A stretch of 64,000 nucleotides of DNA from an uncultured delta proteobacterium (GTDB taxonomy: Bacteria; Desulfobacterota; Binatia; HRBIN30; BPIQ01). Below the pieces are notes generated by a model. It ran no database searches. It was given only the letters and a program-made list of their open reading frames with translations, and was not told the DNA's origin. The position numbers were made by a program, and so were the translations under genes. The stretch's first letter is position 1. Every line of letters begins with the position of its first letter. Shown here in pieces: positions 38,934 to 48,511 of the stretch. The stretch covers positions 64,001 through 128,000 of the forward strand of contig CAVXGR010000007.1 of assembly GCA_963761335.1 (NCBI GenBank), given 5' to 3'.

Positions 38934-39508
38934 AGAGGAAGAGAAGAGAAATGTAAAATGGAGAACCGGTGACCGGTGATGGAGAACCGGTCACCGGAGG
39001 TCTAGATAGTGCATCGCGTAGGGCCGCAGCCTTCGCATCGCCTTTGAGTGTAAGAATCACTACATACCACACGCTGTCACAATGAAATTGGTGCACCACA
39101 ACAACGCGCCGGACGCCCCAATAGTACCACACCTTCTCGAATGTTGTTCTGTCAGGTGCATTCTGACCGCACGCAATATCACCAGTCGATACGTCGCTCC
39201 GGCCAAGTGCTCTAAACCCGCGCATTGTGAGATAGTTCTCAAGTCGTTCAGGTAAGTCCGTCGAAGCCTGATCGACCTGCGGTCGGAACGTGAAGAGATA
39301 CATTGGAGAGCACGCTGACATTACGCCAAGCGTAGCGCACATGAGACCAACACGTGCATAGGCTCGGCTAGACAGCAACGTGCCGACGATCCACGACACT
39401 AGCACTAGGCCTCACGGACGTGCCGACCGGGCCGAAGTGAAGAGGAAGAGAAGAGAAATGTAAAATGGAGAACCGGTGACCGGTGATGGAGAACCGGTCA
39501 CCGGAGGT
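38909..39508 (+). repeat. 93-bp direct repeats (38909-39001, 39416-39508) enclosing a 414-bp AT-richer insert
   Basis: 92/93 identical. Each contains the last codons of the acyl-CoA dehydrogenase plus one 41-bp repeat. An inverted repeat copy follows at 39541-39577. Confidence 0.92.
39002..39405 (-). pseudogene. Foreign-looking putative lipoprotein gene fragment; no stop within the insert (ORF reads on to 38905)
   Basis: LGVMSAC lipobox-like motif, atypical codon usage, frame runs into the repeat. Confidence 0.5.
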
Positions 39509-39612
39509 GCGGCTCTTTCCCAGCCTAAGTCGGTTTCACATTCTCCATCACCGGTGACCGGTTTTTCGTTTTACATTCTCTTCTCTCTGGCGGCCGGGAC
39601 GGCCCTCCCAGC

Positions 39613-41235
39613 TCAGCCTCTTCTGCGGCGGCGCCGGATGGTGATCAGAGCCAGCCCGGCGAGCGCCAGCCAGCCGCCGGAGCCGTCCGCGGACGGGCTC
39701 ATCGCGCAGCCTTCATTGGACAAGACCACGGCGGTGGCGCTGGGCTGCGCCGACGGCACGGCCGTAGGCGTGCTCGAGCGGGTGGGGATGCCGATGGCGG
39801 TGGCGGTGCTCGCCGGTGCAGCCGTCTCGGTCGCCGCCGGCGCGGTCGGAGTTTCCACCTCAACGGGAGTCGCCGTCCACGTCGAGGACGGCTGCGGCTG
39901 ACTGGTCGCCGAAGCAGTCGGCGGAGGCGGGATCGTGGCGCTGCTCGTCGGCGTCGACGGCACCGCGGTCGCGGTGGGCGTGCTCGAGGTGGTGGGAATG
40001 CCCGTGGGTGGCGGCTCGGTTGCGGTGGCCACCGGCACAGCCGTCTCCGTCGCCGTCGCCGGCTGGAACGTCGGGGTTTCCAGCGGTGTCTCCGTGGGTG
40101 TCTCGGTCGCCGGCTGTCCGGTCGGAGTCTCCGCCGGCGTCTCCGTGGGAGTCTCGGTCGCCGCCTCGGTCGCCGTCGCCACCTCGGTGGGGCTGACGGT
40201 CTCGGTGGGAATCACCTCGGTCTCGGTCGGTGTCGGCAGCTCGATCGGGGCGAGATTGAGCGCGGCCATCTGCGCCCCGATGTAGTTGCCCAGCTCGCCT
40301 TCCAGAGGCACGTCACAGCTGCCGTCGCCTCCGCACAGGACCTCGTGGTCCTCGGCGTTGTAGGCGCCGGTGTACTCGTAGAACTCGTAGCGCCGCGTCA
40401 CCGATGCAGCGTTGGCGCCGGCCTGGGCCTCGTTGGCCAGCTCGTTCTCGGCACCCGGGCCCGCCTGCAGAATCACCCACTCGATCTCCGTCTCGCCCTG
40501 CTCCTGCGGCACGGCGGGATCGTCAGTGACCAGATGGTGAAGCTCCGCATCGTTTTCCGACTCGGTGACAAAGACCTTGACCCACATGGCGTCCCCGAAC
40601 TGCTGCTCGACCTCGGGAGGCTCCGCGGGAATGGCGGCGCGGACCACGGGAGGAACGCCCGGGGCCGCCGGGGCGACGTTCCAGCTCGGCGCTGGAATGC
40701 TGACCTTGGTGCCGGACGGCTGCAGCGCTCCCGGGGTGAGGGGATCGGCAATCAGCCAGCGATAGACGGTGTTGGTCGGATTGCCGATGAGCCCGACGCC
40801 GAAATGCTCGCAGCCGCTGGTGAGATAGTTGCCCGAGCCGCCGGTCCAGCAGGCATGCCCATTGGTGGGCGTGATCACACTTGGCGCCATCGGCGTGGTG
40901 GCGGTGAACATCTGACCTCCGGCATCGTACGGGCTCTCGTAGCGGACGTAGACGCCGCCGGGGAAGTCCACCACCAAGGGATTTCCGTAGCGCTGGTACG
41001 GGCTGCCGAAGGTGAAGGTGACGTCGGCACTGGAGAGGCCGTCGAGCTCGATCTCGAAGCCGTGGCACTCCTGGCCGGTGTCGTTGAAGACGTCGAAGTT
41101 GCTCAAGGTCCCGTAGGTCGTCTGTGCCGCGACGCGACCAGCAAAGAGCAGGCAGATCGCCACGACGCCAAAGGACGCCAAGTGAAAGCGAGAGGGACGT
41201 CTTCCCCCTGAGCGACGCAGATTCCATGAGTCCAT
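39613..41235 (-). CDS. Surface protein with Thr/Pro-rich stalk and MYXO-CTERM-like anchor
   Basis: Signal peptide (RVAA-QT), globular domain, long PTETP/TAT linker, C-terminus GCAM...WLALAGLALITIRRRRRRG. Confidence 0.85.
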   Translation of the reverse strand: MDSWNLRRSGGRRPSRFHLASFGVVAICLLFAGRVAAQTTYGTLSNFDVFNDTGQECHGFEIELDGLSSADVTFTFGSPYQRYGNPLVVDFPGGVYVRYESPYDAGGQMFTATTPMAPSVITPTNGHACWTGGSGNYLTSGCEHFGVGLIGNPTNTVYRWLIADPLTPGALQPSGTKVSIPAPSWNVAPAAPGVPPVVRAAIPAEPPEVEQQFGDAMWVKVFVTESENDAELHHLVTDDPAVPQEQGETEIEWVILQAGPGAENELANEAQAGANAASVTRRYEFYEYTGAYNAEDHEVLCGGDGSCDVPLEGELGNYIGAQMAALNLAPIELPTPTETEVIPTETVSPTEVATATEAATETPTETPAETPTGQPATETPTETPLETPTFQPATATETAVPVATATEPPPTGIPTTSSTPTATAVPSTPTSSATIPPPPTASATSQPQPSSTWTATPVEVETPTAPAATETAAPASTATAIGIPTRSSTPTAVPSAQPSATAVVLSNEGCAMSPSADGSGGWLALAGLALITIRRRRRRG

Positions 41236-41408
41236 GCGATTGTCCCCTCCCGGCCGAGCTGTGAGAGCATTCTCAATTCGGATGCCAAGCGGCTGCCACA
41301 GGTAGCGCCTGTCGGTCGGGCAGTTATCGGTGCTGCAATTTCTTGCAGAAGGGGCATCGGGCGGCGCGCCGCTTCGCACCTTTGCGAAGCTCGCCGGCCG
41401 CGGGCCAG

Positions 41409-41535
41409 GTGGAAGCGCCGTCCCGGCGCTTTCCGAAGCGGCGAGACGCCGCTTCTACTTGGCCGGCGAGCCGGCGTCGTTTTGCCCAGGTTTTGAGACG
41501 GCGTCTTCACCCCCCCAGGGGGACGCCGCTTCTAC
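41409..41535. repeat. GTAG-type REP doublet
   Basis: GTGGAAGCGCCGTCCCGGCGC-TTTCCGAA-GCGGCGAGACGCCGCTTCTAC plus a partial copy ending at 41535. Homologues at 8851-8888 and 53773-53822. Confidence 0.82.
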
Positions 41536-41571
41536 TTTGCTTTCCCGTCGTTGCCACTCATACTCCCCGTT

Positions 41572-42174
41572 ATGAATCGACAGGACTGGAACGATCGCTA
41601 TGCGGCGCACGACCTCGTGTGGGGCGCCGAGCCGAACCGCTTCGTGGAGCAGGAGCTCGGCGCTCTTGCTCGGCGCGGTCGGGCTCTCGATCTCGCCTGC
41701 GGCGAGGGGCGCAACGCCATTTGGCTCGCCAAACAGGGTTGGCAGGTGACCGCATTGGACTACTCGCACGTCGCCATCGAGCGCGGCCGCCGACTGGCGC
41801 TCGAACAGGGAGTCGAGATCGAGTGGATCGAGGCGGATGTCACCGCCTTCGTTCCTGAGTCCGGCGCCTTCGCGCTGGTGGTGATCGCCTACCTGCATCT
41901 CCCCGAGGAGCAGCGGCGCGCCGTGCTCGCCCACGCTGCGGCCGCCCTGGCTCCCGGCGCGATGCTCTTCATGATCGGCCACGCGCGCCGCAACCTCGCG
42001 GAAGGCTACGGTGGGCCACAGAGCCCGGGGGTGCTGTGGCAGCCGGAAGAGATCGGCGCTGATCTCCAGTCGCTCGGGCTCACCGTGAAGCGGATCGAGG
42101 AAGTGCGGCGCCCGGTCGACACGCCGGACGGCCCGCGCCAGGCGCTCGACACACTGGTGCGCGCCGAGCGCTAG
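41572..42174 (+). CDS. Class I SAM-dependent methyltransferase
   Basis: WNDRY, ALDLACGEGRNAIWLA, GYGGP. Confidence 0.92.
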   Translation: MNRQDWNDRYAAHDLVWGAEPNRFVEQELGALARRGRALDLACGEGRNAIWLAKQGWQVTALDYSHVAIERGRRLALEQGVEIEWIEADVTAFVPESGAFALVVIAYLHLPEEQRRAVLAHAAAALAPGAMLFMIGHARRNLAEGYGGPQSPGVLWQPEEIGADLQSLGLTVKRIEEVRRPVDTPDGPRQALDTLVRAER

Positions 42175-42217
42175 GTCGCGCGGCCGAAGACTGCGGCCGG
42201 GACGGCGGCGCTCCCAG

Positions 42218-43564
<1,347 letters not shown>

Positions 43565-43616
43565 GCGCGCCTTCCGCCGCGCTTCTGCCGCTGCGATGAT
43601 GGCAGGTCGCGCATCC

Positions 43617-44597
43617 TCAGGCCGCCAGCGCTGCGCCCGGCGCGGCCGGAAGCTGGATGCGGAAGAGGGCCCCGCCGCCACTGCCCTCGGCAACCTCGAT
43701 GCGGCCGCCGTGCGCCTCGATGATCTGCCGCGCGATCGCCAACCCGAGGCCGGTACCGCGGGCACGCGTGGTGAAGAAGGGCTCGAAGACGCGCTCGCGA
43801 AGCTCCGGCGGCACCCCCGGTCCGGAATCGGCGACCTCGATCTGCACGCTGCCCTCGGCGGCGCGTGCGTTCAAGCTGATCTCACCGCGTGGCCCGGCGG
43901 CTTCCGCGCCGTTCGCCAGCAGCCCGACCAGCACCTGGCTGACGAGATCGGCATCGCCGCTGATCGGCGGGAGGCCGTCGGTGTCGCCACAGCGCAGACG
44001 AATCTGCTTCGCCCCGAGCTCGTCGCGGCTGAGCAGCGCGGCGCGCTCGAAGAGCTCGGGCAGGCGGACCGCCCGCGGCTGCAGCTGCAGTGGCCGGGCG
44101 AAGGCGAGGAGCGAGGTGACGACGTTGTTCAGCCGATCGGTCTCGGCGGTGATGAAAGCGCAGGCGCGGCGCGCCTCGTCATCGGCCGCGGGCCCCTCGG
44201 CCAGACCCTGGGCAGCGGAACGGATCACCGCCAGGGGATTGCGCACCTCGTGCGCCACCTGCGCGGCGAGCTGCCCGAGAGCGGCGAGCTTCTCGCTCTG
44301 CGCCAGGCGAGCGCGGGCGTTGTGAATGGTCTCCATCTGCGCCTGCAGCAGCGCCGCACTGCGCCGATCGCGCCGGCGCGCCGCCGCGAGGGCGCCGAGC
44401 AGGTATCCCAGGGCGGCGAAGGAGAGGCCGAAGTAGGCACCGATGAGCAGGGTGGCGTCGTGATCGTTGACCGCGAAGCGTATGCCCAGCGCCTGGAGGA
44501 AGAAGGCGTCCGCAAAGCCGGCCAGCAGACCGGCGAGAGCCGCCCACCAGCGCCAGCGTGCGCCGTCGTACCGATCTTCTCGAGATGCGACGTCCAT
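43617..44597 (-). CDS. Membrane-bound sensor histidine kinase
   Basis: Two TMs, AHEVRNPL H-box, DSGPGV, GTGLGL. Confidence 0.93.
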   Translation of the reverse strand: MDVASREDRYDGARWRWWAALAGLLAGFADAFFLQALGIRFAVNDHDATLLIGAYFGLSFAALGYLLGALAAARRRDRRSAALLQAQMETIHNARARLAQSEKLAALGQLAAQVAHEVRNPLAVIRSAAQGLAEGPAADDEARRACAFITAETDRLNNVVTSLLAFARPLQLQPRAVRLPELFERAALLSRDELGAKQIRLRCGDTDGLPPISGDADLVSQVLVGLLANGAEAAGPRGEISLNARAAEGSVQIEVADSGPGVPPELRERVFEPFFTTRARGTGLGLAIARQIIEAHGGRIEVAEGSGGGALFRIQLPAAPGAALAA

Positions 44598-44724
44598 GAG
44601 AGTACGCGTCAGCAAGTCGCGGGCCGCGTTCGGGTATTCTCCCGCAGCCGGCGGTCAGAAGGCAACCGCAGCGCCGGCGTTGCCGAAGCGCAACGCGGCG
44701 CAGCGGCGCAACGGCAACAACGCC

Positions 44725-46107
44725 TCACGGGCGGTCGGGGAGCTCGGGACGCGGCGGGGGATGGGGAATGGAGGGCAGCTCGGGGCGCGCCGGGCGCTCC
44801 GGCAGCGATGGACGATCGGGCAACGAGGGCCGCTCCGGCAACGACGGGCGATCGGGAGGCACCGGCCGATCGATGCGGTCGGGACGACCGGGGAGCTCCG
44901 GCACGGATGGGACATCCGGCTCACCCGGGGCTTCCGGCATCGGCGGCCGATCCGGGCGACCGGAGATCTCCGGCGGTGCGCCGCCAGCGGATCGGCCGGG
45001 ACGCTCGGCTCCGCCGCGCCAGTCGCCCCCCTGCCCTTCCCTCAACTCCGGGGCCATCCCGCGCGGCGGATGCGGCGGCGACGGCAGCTCGCGGACCAAG
45101 CCGATGCGTTCGGCGCGCATCTCGCCGTGTCGCACGACCGCGTGCACGCGGATGCGGGTGTCCTCGGGCGGCGTCGCGCCGCCTGGCCACGCGGATGGCG
45201 GAACGTCGACGGCAAAGGAGCCGATCTGCAGGCGGCCGGCGCTGATTCGTTGCGCAAAGCCTTCGATCTCGAGGCGGACCACGCGTCCGGCGAACGGCAG
45301 AGCCGGAAGCCGCTGGACCGATCGGGCAACGAGGGTGTCGCCATTCCAGCGACCGGCGACGCGCACCTGGTCACCCACAGCGATGGACTCTTCCCGCTCG
45401 AGACGGACCGGCGTTCCGGCAACGGCGAGCCTTCCCGCGGCGCGCGCGGTAACCGCGCCGTTCAGCTCGGCGGTCTCCGAAGCGCCGCCGCGAACCACAC
45501 GCGACGCCGCGATGAGGCCGTCGCCGCGACGCATGCCACTGATCTTGACGAACGTCGACTGCGGGAAGTCCGCGGCGGCGGCGAATTGCTCGGCGCCAGA
45601 GCCACCGCGCGTCATCGGCGACAGCTGCACCGTCTGACCCATCACCTGGATCCGGTTGCGCGCCGCGTCGACGGCCGTCACCGGGCCGCTGACCAGGTGG
45701 CGCACGCTGACCCGCTTGGCGCGGAGCGCCGAGCCGGTGCTCGAGGCGATCACCTCGACTACCTGGCCGACGGCGAGCTGCGCCGGCGTTGCCGCAGCGT
45801 CGTCGATGCGCACCGCCGTCCCGGCGCCGTAGTGGATCTCCGTTTCGCCGACGCAGATGCTGGCGAAGCCGGTGATCGTGCCGATGACACCGGTCTCTCC
45901 GGCGGCGGAAATTCCGGTTCCGCCGATGCCGCTGTCGTCCTCTCCGGGCGATTTCGGGCGCGCCCCGGTGCCGCCGATGCCGCCTTCATCCGGTCGCGTG
46001 CGCCCGCCATCGATGCAGGGATTGGCGGCGGCACCGCTCGCCGGGGCAACGCCGCAGACCAGCAGCGCCAGCACCAGCGATGCCGCGAGCAGGCGCTGCC
46101 TACTCAT
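44725..46107 (-). CDS. DUF5666-like secreted protein with Pro-rich C-terminal repeats
   Basis: Signal peptide, two GIGGTG motifs, GTITGFASICV, repeated small beta domains, P(D/E)RP tail. Confidence 0.78.
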   Translation of the reverse strand: MSRQRLLAASLVLALLVCGVAPASGAAANPCIDGGRTRPDEGGIGGTGARPKSPGEDDSGIGGTGISAAGETGVIGTITGFASICVGETEIHYGAGTAVRIDDAAATPAQLAVGQVVEVIASSTGSALRAKRVSVRHLVSGPVTAVDAARNRIQVMGQTVQLSPMTRGGSGAEQFAAAADFPQSTFVKISGMRRGDGLIAASRVVRGGASETAELNGAVTARAAGRLAVAGTPVRLEREESIAVGDQVRVAGRWNGDTLVARSVQRLPALPFAGRVVRLEIEGFAQRISAGRLQIGSFAVDVPPSAWPGGATPPEDTRIRVHAVVRHGEMRAERIGLVRELPSPPHPPRGMAPELREGQGGDWRGGAERPGRSAGGAPPEISGRPDRPPMPEAPGEPDVPSVPELPGRPDRIDRPVPPDRPSLPERPSLPDRPSLPERPARPELPSIPHPPPRPELPDRP

Positions 46108-46966
46108 CCTCGTCGCCGTCGTCCGCACCGGGCTCCCCCTGATCCTCGGCAAGGAGGTAGAGACCGAAGTTGAAGCGGCGCGAAGCCTCCGCCTCTCCCG
46201 CATCGCGCCGCTGCAACCGCAGGGCGCGGGCGTTGAGCTCTCGCAATACCTCCATGCCGCGCCGCTTCGCCAGCTCGGTGAGCTCGGCGACCGCCGCCGG
46301 ACCCAGATTGTTGTAGTTCACGCTGCGCTCCAGAAACGGCTCGGCGCCGCCGAGCATGTTGTGGACCGCGGCCGCGGCGTGGTCGTGCAGGTTGCGCCCG
46401 AAGTAGTAGGTCATCTCCTCCGAGCCCTGCGCCGGGATGAACGCCTGGGCGTTGAGACAGACGCGGTCTCGATCGTCGAGATGAGCGATACCGAGGCGGA
46501 GCCACTCGTCCAGGACGACGCGCGGTCGAATATCGGTATTCAGGGAGCGCACCAGAGATTCGAACGAGACACCTCCATCCGCATCGGCGAGGCGCGGCAG
46601 GGGCAGCGGCTCGCCTTGCGGGTCGAGGAGCTCGGGGAGCGTCGTCCAGCGCGCCATCAGCTGCGATCCCAGGGACACGGCGCGCGGCGCCTGCAGCTCC
46701 GCACCTTTCTGCGCCCGCAGGCGCTTCACATCCTTGCGATGCACCCCGGTGAGCAGAGTGATGCGGCTGTCCGTCTGCCGCTTGCCGGCAACCGGAAACT
46801 CCTCTACCGCCACCTCGACGTACGCCTCCCGCAGGAGGTTGGAGGCGGTCGGGAAAGGGATCGAGCGAGCGATCAGCAAGCGCGCCAAGGGCCGGAAAAT
46901 TCGGCGTAAAGCGGCAAACAGGTTCCTCGGCAGAAGGGCCGGGATCTCATCGGCGGCGCGGCTCAC
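46100..46966 (-). CDS. DUF6502-like protein (probable HTH regulator)
   Basis: RPLARLLI, TDSRITLLTGVHRKDVKRL, DIRPRVVLDEW, NLHDHAAAAVHN, FLERSVNY. Overlaps the DUF5666 start. Confidence 0.8.
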   Translation of the reverse strand: MSRAADEIPALLPRNLFAALRRIFRPLARLLIARSIPFPTASNLLREAYVEVAVEEFPVAGKRQTDSRITLLTGVHRKDVKRLRAQKGAELQAPRAVSLGSQLMARWTTLPELLDPQGEPLPLPRLADADGGVSFESLVRSLNTDIRPRVVLDEWLRLGIAHLDDRDRVCLNAQAFIPAQGSEEMTYYFGRNLHDHAAAAVHNMLGGAEPFLERSVNYNNLGPAAVAELTELAKRRGMEVLRELNARALRLQRRDAGEAEASRRFNFGLYLLAEDQGEPGADDGDEDE

Positions 46967-47060
46967 GTGGAATCATTTACCACAGAAACTTGAATAAAGG
47001 TATTGACGTGGGAATATTTCCCGCGTATTGAGGTAGCAATGTCGTGGGAAAATTACCCAC
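46967..47060. promoter_or_regulatory. Three 17-bp palindromic operator-like boxes in a divergent promoter region
   Basis: GTGGAATCATTTACCAC (46967-46983), GTGGGAATATTTCCCGC (47008-47024), GTGGGAAAATTACCCAC (47044-47060). TTGACG at 47003-47008. Confidence 0.75.
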
Positions 47061-47094
47061 AAACAATGCGGGCCGAAAACAGAAGGAGATCGAG

Positions 47095-47553
47095 ATGATG
47101 CTGAGAAAAAGCCACTGGACAACGGTGATCGGACTGGTCGCCGGGTTCGGCCTGATCCTGTCCGTGGCCGCAGAGGCGCGCGGTCTGCGCCCATCCGCAT
47201 TCGCCGGCAGAGGACCGGAGAGGGGCGGCGAGGTTCGCCCGCCGATGCATCCGCACGGCCTGCTCGAGCAGCTGATCTTTCCGTGCAAGGCGGCGTGCTC
47301 CAACGAGGCCCGCAGCTGCAACGAAGCCGCTGACTCGGCGGCCCTGACCTGCATCTCCGACGCCTGCTCCGCGGAGATCGCCGCCGCGCAGACGGCTTGC
47401 GCGGCTGGAGCTTCCTACACCGCCAGCGGCTGCTACGACGCCATCAACGCCCTGCAGGCCTGTGGTGACTCCTGCCTGACCCAGCACCAGAGCGACGTGG
47501 CCACCTGCTTCGCCACCCTCGGCGATTGCCTCGACGCCTGCGCCGCTCAGTGA
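47095..47553 (+). CDS. Secreted cysteine-rich protein (12 Cys)
   Basis: AAGGAG RBS, signal peptide, regularly spaced Cys in an Ala-rich helical domain. Confidence 0.82.
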   Translation: MMLRKSHWTTVIGLVAGFGLILSVAAEARGLRPSAFAGRGPERGGEVRPPMHPHGLLEQLIFPCKAACSNEARSCNEAADSAALTCISDACSAEIAAAQTACAAGASYTASGCYDAINALQACGDSCLTQHQSDVATCFATLGDCLDACAAQ

Positions 47554-47683
47554 CCCTCGCGGGTCGCCAGACCTCCCCCCACCCTCCGGCAGCACCGCCG
47601 GGCAGCAACAGATCGCTGCCCGGCCCGGGCAATTCGCGGGCGTCCCTTGCGGTTCCGTCGACGACGCCGTAGCAGCAACAGGG

Positions 47684-48469
47684 ATGATCCGTCCGCTGCC
47701 GCGCCTGCTCGTGCTCGCGTTCCTCATCGCCCTGCTGCCGCTCGCGGAGGCGGCCGCCACTGAGCCGTCCCCGCTGCGCTTCAAGCTGAGCCTCGGCTAT
47801 CATTTCAGCACCGGAACCTATGGATCGTCGGACACCACGGAGATCGCCTACGTCCCGCTCATCGCCAAGGCGACCTACGACGATCGCTGGAGCCTGCAGC
47901 TCACCGTGCCGTATCTGCGCATCAGCGGTCCGGCGGCCAGTATCCAGGGACCGAGCGGACCGATTCAGACGACGGGAGGACGAGCCGATGGTCTCGGCGA
48001 CGTGCTGGCCCGCGGCTCGTACACACTGCATCCAATCGAGTCATCGTACGTCCCATTCATCGATCTCGCCTGGGTCTTCAAGTTCCCCACGGCCAGCAGA
48101 AGCGCCGGACTGGGCACGGGCGAGCTCGATTTCGGACCGGAGAGTGAGCTCTGGTGGTCCGTCGGTAAGCTCGTGCCGTTCGGGTCCATCGGCTACCGCT
48201 TTCTCGGCAGCCCGCCCGCCACCGCCCTGCACGATGTCGTCCTCGCCTCCGGGGGCGCCCTCTACCAGATCTCTCGCTCCGTCGACGTCGGCCTTCTGCT
48301 CGACTACCGGCAGGCGCCCGCCGCGTCGATCGGCAGGCGTCTCGAGTTGGTCCCCTTCACCTCGTGGAAGATCGACCGGCACTGGTCCGTCGACCTCTAC
48401 GCCTCCGCGGGCCTGGCGAGCGGCAGTCCCGACGCCGGTGTCGGCCTGCAGCTGGGCTACGGCTGGTGA
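47684..48469 (+). CDS. Probable outer-membrane beta-barrel protein
   Basis: Signal peptide, GLGDV, KFPTA..GLGTGELD, alternating beta pattern, terminal aromatic (LGYGW). Confidence 0.75.
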   Translation: MIRPLPRLLVLAFLIALLPLAEAAATEPSPLRFKLSLGYHFSTGTYGSSDTTEIAYVPLIAKATYDDRWSLQLTVPYLRISGPAASIQGPSGPIQTTGGRADGLGDVLARGSYTLHPIESSYVPFIDLAWVFKFPTASRSAGLGTGELDFGPESELWWSVGKLVPFGSIGYRFLGSPPATALHDVVLASGGALYQISRSVDVGLLLDYRQAPAASIGRRLELVPFTSWKIDRHWSVDLYASAGLASGSPDAGVGLQLGYGW

Positions 48470-48511
48470 GCACAGCGGAGCCGTAAGCTCCCGCGCCGGC
48501 GGCGAGGCGTC

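Noticed and set aside
6379..39577. 41-bp repeat family as CRISPR repeats
   Set aside because: Copies alternate in orientation, are irregularly spaced and are dispersed over 33 kb.
38909..39577. Integron cassette with attC sites
   Set aside because: No RYYYAAC...GTTRRRY attC ends recognised and no integron integrase; the repeats include host coding sequence.
47095..47553. Multiheme cytochrome or RiPP precursor
   Set aside because: No CxxCH motifs and no adjacent modifying enzymes; it has a normal signal peptide.
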